NCBI GenBank assembly: GCA_051362555.1
Contig: CM120648.1
Span: 2,395,721-2,459,720, forward strand
Direction of reading: 5' to 3'
DNA from: Lingula anatina
Taxonomy: Eukaryota; Animalia; Brachiopoda
Length of the DNA: 64,000 bases
A program made the position numbers and the translations under genes. Below, one piece after another: positions 14,101 to 26,795 of this stretch (positions within the stretch are counted from its first letter, which is position 1; every line of letters begins with the position of its first letter). Below the pieces are notes generated by a model. That model made no database searches. It was not told the DNA's origin and saw only the letters and a list, made by a program, of their open reading frames with translations.

Positions 14101-15575
14101 TGAAAAGCATCTTACCTGACATTGACAAGGGTTTCTGGTTTAAATTTTGATTTAATGAAAATATTTTTAAAAATTGAAATGAGGCAAAAAAAGACTACTA
14201 GTAGAAAAATGCCTTGACTCCACGAATAAGGTGATAAGTCATAGGACTGTAATATTTTTTCTTGATGTGAATCATGTAACAATTGATATAAGACACACTT
14301 ATTAATGTTTAAATTTAATATTATAGTATCTTATAAAATTTTTCTTTGTTGTCTTTTTGTATTATATTTCAATTCACATATCATTATTTAATTGGTATAA
14401 GGTATTTGTTTTATGTTATGTTACATGTATGAATTAATTAAACAGTTCAAAACATATCACTAATCTTTTTGTTTCAACCACTATTATTAATTGACAATTT
14501 TCCAGGTGTAGTGTAAATGATCACAGGCAGATCAAGTCCTCTGAAGGATTCATCCCTTAGAAAGCTTTCTAATTTTTCAGTCATATCTTGCAGTTTGCAG
14601 ATTTCAGATGCTCAAGATATTTCATCAGGACATTGATCTGCCTGTGCATCAGACGTGTAATTACAGTGCCCTACTACCTAAGTGATTCCAAAAAAGTTAT
14701 TTTGCCTTCAGTTCAATGTTGGGTCACTGTAAATCACCATGCCCCTGGTTTTAGGTTGGGTCATAATTTGTTGTGCAAATTGCAGATAACTTGGTGACCA
14801 GTTGGCCTACCGTTGGGCCAACGCGGATGCATTGTTGGTTTGAGGTTGGGTAATTGTTGGACTGATGTTGGTTATTAGTAGAACCAACGTAAATGCACTG
14901 TTGGTTACAGGTTGGGGAATTGTTGGACTAATGTTGGTTATTAGTTGGCCCAATGTAGGGCCAACGCAGTTTGGTTGGGTAATTGTTGGACTGATGTTGG
15001 TTACAGGTTGGGAAATTGTTGGACCAATGTTGGTTATTAGTTGGCCCAATGTAGGGCCAACGCAGTTTGGTTGGGAATACGTTGGCAATGCGTTGGCATT
15101 CAAAAGACGTTCAGCCAACCGTTGGCCAAAGTGAGCACTTAGATGGAAACCCAACGTTGGGCCAACGTTGCACGGTCAACCAAGGCAACGTTGGGCCAAC
15201 GTTGGGCCAACGTATGCTTGCTATCTGGGAGGAGGCTGCAATAACTTCAACATTTTGCAGGAGACTGCAAAGGGGGCTGCAATAACTTAGAAATTTTCAC
15301 AGGGGACTGCAAACTAAACTGAAATAATTATCTAGCTGTTGTCAGTTTAGAGTTAATCAAATTAACAAGAAAGTATCTGTATTGATATAGTAACAACGAA
15401 GAATCTGGCCAATTAAATAATGAGTTGAAGCAAACTGAATTATTAGTTCCAGTTTTTGTTTGCACTATAGATATTTTCCCAAAAACTAATAAATCCAGAA
15501 GGCACTTTTTATTATAATTGTATACAGTGCTGAGGTATTCTGTTTTAAAGATATTATTAAGAACTTATTATTAAC

Positions 15576-15613
<38 letters not shown>

Positions 15614-17453
15614 ACCCTGTGTCTTGTTAGATCATCCCCTACCAAGGATATCCATCCATCTTACTCCAGACTAAGGAACCCTCTGTGTACTGAGTGAACT
15701 CGTAAGCAGCATCATCTTCATCATAATCTTCTTCCACCTTGTCACAGGAATTGTGCTCAGTATCTAAAATGAGGAAATATCAATAATACTTTTAATAAAT
15801 AAATTCCTTTTATTACTGTTACTTTAATTATTCTGCTAGCCAATAAATAATTTTTTTATTGATACCAAATAAATTGTCAGAAATGACTATTCTACCCTGT
15901 CAATTTTATTATTACTACTGAAGTAGGTATAACAACTTACAGGAATGATTTCTTGGACTAAAATACAACTCCAGTTGAAAAGCATTTTAATTTTTCTTGC
16001 AATAATTTAATTACCTGTATTCAAGAAACAGAACCACTGGTCTGGTATCTGAGAGGGGTCAGTAATGTGGTGTAAATATCTCCACTTCATACAGCTGCTG
16101 GAACCACACTGCACCCACACACCTGAGACAATGTACATCATAAAATATCCTGATATTATTTCTAATACGTACCCATGCAGATTACTTAAAGAGATAAAGA
16201 AAAGATCATCTGTATTCTCTGTAGACAGGCTGAATCTTCAAGAAGGAGAAGCAACTTCATAAACTACAGAAAAATTTAAGTCCAGTATTGGATTTTAAAA
16301 AAATCCCCACAAAAGTTTATTTTTTAAAATCCATTTATTTTGGTACAATTTTTTTATTTTTACAATGTATACTGATGTCAACAATTTTTAGTATAAATTC
16401 AAATCTTAAATGTCATATAATACCTCTCTCTTCTATCTCCCTGCATCTCATCTTATCTTTCAAAGAAACTTTTTGGACTTTTTTCCTTTTATGCTTTTTC
16501 TGTGACGCTTTGCTTCCTTCATCTGAAAAAAAAAAAAAAATAAGTGGAAAAGTAAAAAAGAAAAAAAAAACTAGTTTCAGATAAATGCATACTTGTCAAC
16601 AGTTTAACTCCAAATAATTTTGCTGACACCCCAGAGCTTATTTAACAGTTCAAAGAAGTATGGTAGAGACAGTCTATGCATCTATAGTGACAGACATGCA
16701 CCTTTTCTCTTTACGGAAAAAAATTCAATTATAAATCAGAAAATGTGACGCAAAATTTAAACCTTGCACTGGTTATCAAAGAATTTCAACTAACACAAAT
16801 ATTTATATCTACCATTCTTAAATTTGGCCTTGGGGCTAACTAATCCATTTGGACTGTACTCTAGCTGCTTGGGCTGCAGGGTTTTCTTCTTCCCTTTTGA
16901 AGTAAGTTTTCCAGTTTTCTTCTTTTTTCTCTCTGGCACGTTAACAAAGGCCGTCTTTTGTTCGCTGTCACTACAGTCAGGAGTGATTTCATTGACTTCT
17001 TGCATTACTGCAGCTCTGATTAATGTTCAGTAGGGATTGGGGTGATTTTGATTAATGAGGTTTTCCTATTAATAGGGTTTAATAGGGTTTTCCTATTTAG
17101 ATGTTTTGCCACTTAAAGGACAAATTAATTTTTTGAAGAATAATTAACTTATTAAAATATATATAGTATCGTAATTTTCCGATATTGTTAAAACAAATGA
17201 TTAAGAATATATTTCACTACCTTTCTGTTTCATTAATAATTTACATAATTTATGTGTAAAAATTCTTTAAAAGTTACTTTAAAAGCCTGTTGACTGGCAA
17301 TGATAATAAAAATTTTATTTACATTAACATATATTATTCTGATTGATATATTGAGATACTGAATTTTTTATCAGTTCAATATATATCTCATAAACAATCT
17401 AATAGATACTATTACTGGCACAACATAGACTAGTTCTTGTTAAAAATCAGCAA

Positions 17454-17505
<52 letters not shown>

Positions 17506-17510
17506 ACAAA

Positions 17511-17549
<39 letters not shown>

Positions 17550-17624
17550 AAGATCATCTCATGAACAATTTAATAGATACTATTACTGGCACAACATAGA
17601 CTAGTTCTTGTTAAAAATTAGCAA

Positions 17625-17665
<41 letters not shown>

Positions 17666-18706
17666 AAAAGATCACCTGAGCTGATGTTCTAAGTTAAAGT
17701 CATCCAGCCCCTCTCCCTGATGTTCCAGTAGTTCATCCTCCCCTACAGGATCAATATGTATCAGGTCCTCCCTCACCCCCATGGTGGCCACACCATTACT
17801 GTCCTCACCAGGGTCCAGTATGGGGGCTGGGACGTCCATCTGGGGCTGACCACTCCCTCCTCCACTGGTCAGTATGGGGGAAGGGGTGACTTTGGCAGGG
17901 TGGCCAGTCTGTTTGTTGGAGGTGTCAAATGATTCACTCATGTCTTCATCTGAAATTATGTTCAATTTATTTAATTCTATTTTACTTTTATATCATTTAT
18001 TTTATTTTATTATTTTATTTTTTTCATTTTATTTTAAAATCAATAATAATAATAAGTAATAAAAAAAAGCTGGTCATAAAAAAATTATTATGGAGAGAAG
18101 ATGTATCAGATAAAATAATTATGAGAATTAAACCTTTATATATACTTTGCACTTCTTAACCAAGTTATCTTTTATTCTACAAAATCCTAAGTATAATTTA
18201 CAAGACATCTTTGAATACAGAAGTATCATAACCTCTGAACAATTTAAACACGACATTTATATAGGACTAGTGCTGTACCTGCCATCTCCAGAAGTGCATC
18301 AAAATCATCCAGTTCAACTTTCATTACTTTCTCCACTTCTGAAAATAATACAGAATTCTACTCAATTATTTCTTAAATAGATCAATATATTCACAAAATT
18401 GATTAGTACCAGTAGAGTATTTGAAAACACCAGCTCATATTCTGCTCATGTTTCTCAAACTATCACCCACTTTTATGTTCATCCAGAGCTACCCCAATCC
18501 CATTCTTTAAGCTGCATGTTTTTTACCCCCTTTTATTGTAAGTGTATCTGTCCCACATTGTTTGAGCTTCATAGTATAATATATGTACCTGCTTTCTTTT
18601 GGTCTTCTCCATCGTTATCTAGAACTCTGGTGAGAACTGCTTCAAACACCTCCTCCCATTCTTGGTCTGTATAACTACGGCTAGGCACCGCAGGGGGACC
18701 CTGCAT

Positions 18707-18771
<65 letters not shown>

Positions 18772-20361
18772 CAATATATGCCATACTAAGCACCTAGGAG
18801 CCAACATACTTTGTAGAAAATCAAAAGTATTCATCAATTTTTCAAAACGAACCAAGCCTTTTTTTTTTTTTTTTTTTTGCAGTGTATCTGTCCCACACGT
18901 TTAGCTTTTTGGTCACTGATCTTTTTTTTTTTAAATTTCTAAAAGCAATCAAATATCACATTACACCTGTACCTGAGCCTTTTTGGCTTTTTTAGGTCCA
19001 TTACAGTCTGAAGATATTGGTTTTGTTTCATCAGCATTGGCCTTTTTCAATTTATCTGCATTTTTCTGAAAAAAAAGCAAGACTTTCAATATGAAGCAAT
19101 GAGGAGGTGAAAAAGATAAAAAGATGTTGACTGAACATTCAAAAAACTTACCAGAGCCTGAAAAGAGGACGAATTTCTTATTAAAAGACTTACCCCTAAA
19201 TAAAAAAGCATCTGGGTCACAAAAAGAAAAATAAAAATAATGATAAATAAATAAAATTCCCATACCTTTCGTTTCTTTTTATGGGTCAGTTTGTCTTCAT
19301 GCTGTGCATGGTTTTCCTTTCCCTTGTCCTGCAAAAAACACCACCAAAATTATTAGCTTACTTGTTATTAGTTGTTATCATTCCTTTATTATTTATCTGT
19401 TACATTTTTTAAAAAAATTATAAAAACAAACAGACATTTTATATATATATTAATAACAGCAACAAGAACAAAACATTTTAAACTTTACAAGCAATATTAA
19501 TTACCATTGGAGCTGGAAATTTTGGTTTCATTTTCTTGGGAACTTTCGGAATTTTGGGTTTCAATGGCACAGCTTGTGTCTTCAGGACTTTGTGCTCCTG
19601 TTCATCCATTTTAATTAATTCTTTCTAAAAATATAAACCAAATTAATCTCTAACTTACATTGCTAAAACATCAAACATCAAATACACAACACAAAAAGGA
19701 GCATATATACTTTAAATAAATCAAGAAGAGCTATAAATTTCTAAAAAAAAAAAAAAAAAAATACATCCAATTTTGCCTGACTCTTTGTAAATCATAATAA
19801 CATTGCTGATGATGTACGATTATTATTGATTGGTTGAAATCTAGTGGAATTTTTCCTCAGCATAACTAGAATTATTAACTGTACAATTTTAATTCTCTTT
19901 TACATTTTTTTTATTTATAATATTTATTATTATATTATTTTTATTTTATTTATTAATCAATTCATTTTATATATTTTATATTTTTTCTTTGCTTACCATT
20001 TCATTTCCAGTGTCATTGTGAGAACTTTGATTGCTGTGTGCCTCCTTTGCAATTTTGGGCTCTAAAATCCATTTCATGATTTGTTAATTTTAGAAGTTTT
20101 TATGCAAATTTTTTAAAAAAATAAATACTTTTTTAAACATTCAAATATTGTTTTTGGTAATGTAAAGATGTGCTTACACCAACAGTTGCATATTATGACT
20201 TACTGATATTCAATAATCTAAATTTTCTCAGTTTACAATTTTTGCATCACTGCACAGCATTTTAATTGGAATTTTATTTGGAATAAAATAAATGAATGAA
20301 TAAAAAAATAATAATATTGTACTTGTTTCTTACCTGTTTCTGAACTGGAGAAAGACGGCAT
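8119..20361 (-). CDS. ZCWPW1: Zinc finger CW-type and PWWP domain protein (ZCWPW1-like), about 18 coding exons: approx. 20361-20334, 20061-19997, 19624-19505, 19328-19266, 19065-18973, 18700-18588, 18338-18279, 17949-17676, 17014-16813, 16522-16424, then 16122-16015 (CW), 15763-15643, 11755-11683, 11475-11368 (PWWP), 11081-10998, 10636-10588, 10226-10062, 9883-9785, 9401-8119
   Basis: CW finger VWVQCGSSSCMKWRYL...DPSQIPDQWFCFLNT-DTEHNSCD is followed by PWWP [23 protein letters not shown]...HYHVVFFDTRVSRAWI. Long K/E-rich low-complexity N- and C-termini. Divergent to MEPCE, as human ZCWPW1 is. The N-terminal exon edges and start codon are less certain. Confidence 0.85.
11977..12073. repeat. 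~39-bp minisatellite (gactgcaaagggggctgcaataactt...) split by a transposon; continues at 15230-15312
   Basis: The same unit appears on both sides of the 12074-15229 element. Confidence 0.75.
12074..15229. mobile_element. Non-autonomous CMC/EnSpm (CACTA)-type DNA transposon in a ZCWPW1 intron
   Basis: TIRs CCCAGATAGCAAGCATACGTTGG...CCAACGTATGCTTGCTATCTGGG, a 2-bp TSD (AG), and arrays of subterminal cgttgg(g/c)ccaacg palindromes at both ends. No long ORF. Confidence 0.8.
13075..13543. mobile_element. Nested hAT-like MITE remnant
   Basis: Imperfect TIRs caggatccatacag / ctgtatgaatcctg with internal cttgaaaa repeats. No clear TSD. Confidence 0.45.
17385..17670. repeat. Local tandem duplication with (TAAA)n microsatellites
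   Basis: Two copies of tctcat..aacaat..taatagatactattactggcacaacatagactagttcttg, each followed by (TAAA)n. Confidence 0.8.
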
Positions 20362-20599
20362 GGTTTCTAGCCAGAACTTTATTTTCAACAATATCTGAAA
20401 GAGAAATTTTCATATAAAATGTGGAGTGTAGATCAAACGTTTCTGAACACTGTCGTCTGCATCGGTATTTTCTTTTTCCCGCCATCACAGAAAAACAACT
20501 GCAGATTGATGCAGACATTTTGGAAACCTTGTTAAAAGAAAAATACAATGGCTTTTTCTGTTATTAATGCTTCTTCGATAACAAAACTCAAAAGCAAAT

Positions 20600-21010
20600 A
20601 TTTTAAATAAAACAAACACTTTAATTCACCAAACCCGTTCATTCCAAAACTAGGTCAATAAAATATCCCACAATTCCACGGTGTGCGCGTGCGCACATCA
20701 CAACGTGCTCTGTACGTCGAGGTGTGCTGATCGAAGCGAGTCGAAGAGTAAAAAATCTCCAAAATTTTTATAATCTGACGGCGATTGAAGCTTTGTCAGG
20801 ACAGTTCTCTTTAGGATCGTGCTACATGCTCATAGTTGGACAATTACCTTCGCTGATTGTAGAGAAAACTGACTCGAAACTTTCATTGCTGAAAGTGGAC
20901 CAAGGTTATTCACTGTACGGTGCCTGGCCGCCAGGGGTCGCTAGTAGCGATGTAAACAACGTGGTTGGAAAACGATTCTAGAAAACTTTTTCCTCGGTTA
21001 AAAAGCAGCG
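20600..21010. promoter_or_regulatory. Bidirectional promoter region ZCWPW1/MEPCE with an NRF1-like site
   Basis: CpG-rich region between divergent genes. TGCGCGTGCGCA at 20684-20695 has one mismatch to the NRF1 palindrome TGCGCATGCGCA. Confidence 0.6.
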
Positions 21011-24000
21011 ATGAGCGTCGAAGTAAAGACGCCAACAAGGACACAATATGAGCACAGGGAGTTCCCCTGCGGAGAAGGATCGCCTGCGTCGAAACCGAAG
21101 CCGTCGCCGACGATCTCGAGTAAGGAAAAGGGGTCGGAGCACCCGTCGTTGAGCAACAACAGTACTCACGGATCAGTGGCTTCCTCGGCAGCGCAGCAAA
21201 GACCTTATAACAGGCAGCACTCACAGGGCGCTAGAAAACGTCTGGTATGTTAAACTCTTTGTTTTTCTTTCTGATTGCTAAAGTTACAAGTTGCACGTTT
21301 TAAACAAAGTTTGTTTGCCTATGGATTTGCTCTCTGAGACTCTGTGAGTGTGATATTTTTGAACTGCAGCAAATCACTCCCGCAAATAAGTTTCAAGGTC
21401 ATGGTGACCTGAGTTGAGAGTAGACGGGGGAGGGGGGGGCAGTCATTGCTCTGATATATGCAAGTTAAAAAAGAAAAGATTTTTGTAGAATTATTATTGC
21501 TCTATGTAATCATATGTCTTAATTGACATCTTGCTGAATTTGTCTAACAATTAAAAAAAAATTGTTATTTGCATATTCATTCATAATTTTATGTTGTTTG
21601 TCAATGCCAGGGGAGTCAGAAGGAGTGGCAGAGCCGTCACACTTCCAAAAAAAGTCGTCTTGGTGGTAAGCAGCATGCACCTGGTCAGTTTCCACTGCCG
21701 ACAAAATTCCTGTTGGGAGGGAACATCAGGGACCCTTTGAATCTGAACAGCCTCTGTGATGACGAGGAAGTCAACAAAGCACTGAATCAAGACACTCCAG
21801 TCTCGTCACCAATCCCCACGCCAGCACATCGCAAGGAACAAGTTGAAGTTATCATTCCACCGAATATTACTGACCCTCTGAACTTGAACGAGCAAAATGA
21901 CGGGGAGATGAAATCAAATAGTGCAAAGAAAAAGAAGAGAAATCATCATGTTAAAAATAAAAAGAATAAGACAGATGAAGGAAGGAAGAAAGAAGAGGAT
22001 AAAAGCAGCAGTAGCAGTGTTGCTACCACACCTTTGACAATAGATACCAGTGAAGAAATGATAACTGCGATGCGCAAGGTTAACGATGAAATTGTTTCTC
22101 CAGTGATTCCACAACATAGCCGGCAACACAGTCGGAAACCATCAGCCAGTGCGACAGTTACACGAAGTATTCTAACCTCAGAAACAATGCCCAGTGAAAA
22201 ACAACAGACCGATCCACTCTCCAGCAGTGGAGGAAGTGGGAAGATACACAAAAGCAAACCCAAGAAACAGGATGGCAAGCAGGGGACACATTTTCACAAG
22301 AAAAACCCCAAATTTATTCATGGGAATTACAACAGGTACTATGGGTATAGAAACCCGAACATGGAGGAAGATTTCCGTCTGAAAGTTTTTATAAAGGAGT
22401 GGTTTGAGGGGAAAGATGTCCTAGATATTGGCTGCAACGTAGGACTGGTGACGTTGCAAATTGCCAAAGAATTTGAACCAAGGAGGATTGTGGGATTGGA
22501 CATTGATTCTAAACTGATTGCAGCAGCGAGGAGAAACATTAAGAATTTTATTCTGGAGGAGGAGCTGGATGCTAGCAGGTGAGGCCTCTTGTATAGAGGT
22601 TATTTTCTCTCGGATTACTATTTATAAATTGATATTTGCAGCCTGTTAGTCAGTTGACCATGGTAGTTGACCAAAAAAAAAGTATTGATATATCATGTAA
22701 TAAAGCATTATGTGCAAATACTTCCATTTTAACAAGCAACAAAAAATTGGTCATGAAAAAATTAATGTAAGAAGCATTTTGTTGTAATGATATTGTGTGA
22801 TTTGCTGCCTTTGTATAAAGACCTGTTGGGCCACAATGTGTGTAGGAGTGTTGGAAGGGCATCTTTTATAAAATATTTTTGTTATACTTAAACTTTAAAA
22901 TTAATTCCTTTTTTCTCCAAATTTTTAATCCTATATTTCCTTTTTTTTCTAAATGTCTGTATTAACATCCTGCTGTAAAGATGGGAGTTGTCAAGTTCAA
23001 TATTTATTGTTCCTGGTAGAATTAATAATAATGAGAGACTGTCATGAAATGTTAGAAATGCCCATTGTCTGTGTCTACTACTGAGCAGGACCCGATGTGT
23101 GCTGGCATGTGAACTCTAAACTAGGCATTGTTTTTCAAAATCATTGATGCCTGTTATATTAAAAAATATATATATTGGTCATTATGCTGTCCCTTCAGTT
23201 CACCCATATAAACTTACTCCATGATCTGACTTTTTTACAGTAGGTTCAAACATGGACTAGATCACATATGGGCAAAAGGAATTTTCAAAGCGCTTGGCAG
23301 TGCATTGGCTTCTTGCCTGGTGTATTTAACTAAAGCCATCCCTTGACTCTAACAGTTTTCTCTCCATTCACAGTTATCCCTTGACTCTAACAGTTTTCTC
23401 TCCATTCACAGTTATCCCTTGACTCTAACAGTTTTCTCTCCATTCACAGTTATCCCTTGACTCTAACAGTTTTCTCTCCATTCACAGTTATCCCTTGACT
23501 CTGACAGTTTTCTCTCCATTCACAGTTATCCCTTGACTCTAACAGTTTTCTCTCCATTCACAGTTATCCCTTGACTCTAACAGTTTTCTCTCTATTCAAA
23601 GTTATCCCTTGACTCTAACAGTTTTCTCTCCATTCACAGTTATCCCGTCTCAATGCCTAGGTGTTATGGTCCGCTGACAGCACCACCCTTACCTGAAGAA
23701 GAGGCTCCGAGGTTTCCTCAAAATATCATGTTTAAACAGGTCAGTTATCGTGGATAATTGTTTCATTATTGACTATTTAGTTTTATTCATTTATACTCAG
23801 TGCACAAACTACCTGCGAAAATTGACTTAGGCAATTATTAATGGATACAACTATTACATGAACTAACCTTGACCCTAGCTACCTCATCAGAAAACAAAGA
23901 CAAAAAACTTCATCTCATATAAACATTGTGTGTATTATGCGACTTAGCACTGAATTGCAAATTCTTCACATTTGCCAGCATTTGTGTTGAATCTGAAGTT

Positions 24001-26741
24001 TTAAACTTTGATGTCCAAGTTCATTGAACTTTTTATGTACAGACACAGATGTGTCTGTACATATAGCCATCATCTGCGTCTGTCGTCGTCGTCGCTGTCG
24101 TCGCCGTCGCCGTCGCCGTCGCCGTGCACTTTTACCGATAACACAATAAGTGGAAAACCATTTTACCTTTTGACTTGAAACTTGCAGAACTGATGAATAT
24201 TCATAATACGCAGGTCAAGTTCGAAAATCAGCATGATCGGGTGACTTTTAGGGAATTTATGCTGTTTTTTCACTTTTTTCAGCATATATACAGCACCGAT
24301 AACACGATAAGTGGAAAACCATTTTACCTTTTGACTTGAAACTTTCAGAACTGATGAATATTCATAATACGCAGGTCAAGTTCGAAAATCAGCATGATTG
24401 GGTCACTTATAGGGAATTTATGCTGTTTTTTCACTTTTTTCAGCATATATGCAGCACCGATAACACCATAAGTGGAAAACCATTTTACTTTTTGGCTTGA
24501 AACTTACAGAACTGATGAATATACTTAATACGCAGGTCAAGTTCGAAAATCAGCGTGATTGGGTCATTTTTAGTGAATTTAGGCTATTTTTTCTATTTTT
24601 TCAGCATATATGCAGCACCGATAACACGATAAGTGGAAAACCATTTTACCTTTTGGCTTGAAACTTACAGAACTGATAAATATTCATAATACGCAGGTCA
24701 AGTTCGAAAATCAGCACGATCGGGTCACATATAGGGAATTTATGCTGTTTTTTTACTTTTTTCAGTATATATGCAACACCTTTAACACAATATAAGAAAA
24801 ACAGATTGGCCAATTGTCATTATACTCACAGGAGGGGCCAATCTTACTAAAACGCAGGTTGAGTTTGAAAATCAGCATAATCAGTCCATTATTTTAGAAG
24901 TTATGCTGTTTTTTCACATTTCCTCACATTCAATTCTTAGGCATGTTAACAGTCTCATTATTGAACTAATAAGATACGTAAAAGTGTTTGTTTGACATTT
25001 CCTGCATCTTTACAACATTGTTAGTTGATTTTGTAAAAATGATGGTAAACTTGTTATCATGTATTGTGTAATAAAGTGTCAAAAATGGAAATAAACTCAT
25101 ATCATTGCAGTTTGTCAGATGCATTCATCCACTATGTTCAGAATCTCAGAATGGAGGAAGTTGGACATTTAACACTGTTCTATTGATACTTTTCCCATCT
25201 CATCAATTTTCTTCATTGGTCATATAAAAATGGCAGTAAACTGTTTATTTTGTTTTATGTTAAAAAAGTGTTAAAAATGGAAATAAACCCATTTCAGAAC
25301 AGTGCTGTCTTGTTTACATTTTGGCATTTTCAATATGTGACTTTGAAGTTCCATGGGCCTGAAGACTTTTGCTAGTTACATTTTCTGAATAACCATGATA
25401 CTAATATTTTATGATTAAAAATTGATGGTCATTATGCTGTAAAACATTATGTAATATTGCATCAAAATTTGAAGAAACCCCTATTTTGGGCAGTGCTCCC
25501 ATGATGACCATTTAAGGAAAATCATGTCACTTACTGTTCTCAAAATTACAGGAAAGAAACATGGGACTAAAATACAGCTTCAGTAGGCAATGCAGTCTGT
25601 TTGGTAAATTTTTCTGGCAATTAAACAGTTTTTTGTGAAAATTTAATTTTTCACATATTGGCATTTCCAAGGTGTGACTTAGAACCTCCACGGGCTTGAA
25701 GACCCATGCTAGTCACATTTTGTGAAAATCCATGACACTTATATTTTATTATTAAAAATCGATGGTCAGTATGCTGTTAAGCATTATGTAATGTTGCATC
25801 AAAATAGAAGAAAACACAATTTTTGGTGCTGCTGCCTTGATGACCATTATGGGAAAACCGTGTTACTTATGACTGTCAAACTTTCAAAAAAGAAACACAG
25901 GACTAAAATGCAGCCTGAGTTAGAAAAGCAGTCTAATTGGCTTCTTTTTCTGGAAGTTATACATTTTAGTGTAATATTCAATATCTTTTTGGCATATTCA
26001 TTGTGGGACTCGGAGCTCCCATGGACATGAAGCCAAACGGTAATCATATTTTCTACATGTCCATCCTATTTATAGTCAATAAACAAAAATTGGTGATAAT
26101 TATTCTCTAATTTATTATGTAATGTTACATCAAAATTGACAACAATCTTTTTGCACTGCTACTGCAAACATTATGAAAAGAAAACTGTGCTACTTATTAT
26201 AATTTTAAACTTACAAGTACGATTTTTAGGATTGGCCTTCAGCTCATGAGAAAACCAGCTCTATTGGATTATCATGTTTATTGTATTTATGCATTTTTTG
26301 TGAAATTTTCATTTTTCTCATTCTGGCACTTTCTAAGTATAAACTTGAACTCTGATGGGCCTGGAGCATTATGCTTTTACTTTCGTCTGTGTTACCTGTT
26401 GTGCATAAGTTGATGTTACTGTGCAGTTAAACATAATGTTTTATTGCTTCAGGATTGGTAGTCTCCTATTTTGGGCATTATGGTTTTGTGCTTTTCTTAA
26501 GGTGTGACTTATGGGCCTAAAGACCTTTGAGTGGGTCAGTCTGTAAATTACCCTTGGGTATCACTAGATTAATTTCAGAGTTATAAAGTCATTTGCTTTA
26601 ATAGGCCATTAAATGAGATTACGTAAAGCACACTTGTTGATATTTCCCTGTAAACTCCCAAAGGTAAAGCTCTCTGCTAGATTAATAATAAGGAAGCAGT
26701 GATAATTATGCAGGTAAATTTTGTTTAATATTGCAAATAAG

Positions 26742-26795
<54 letters not shown>

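Noticed and set aside
14807-15285. Repetitive VGPTLGQ/GPML ORFs
   Set aside because: They derive from the subterminal palindromic repeats of the EnSpm-type element.
23338-23646. CRISPR-like 38-bp repeat array
   Set aside because: Units are directly adjacent with no unique spacers, there are no cas genes, and the context is a eukaryotic intron.
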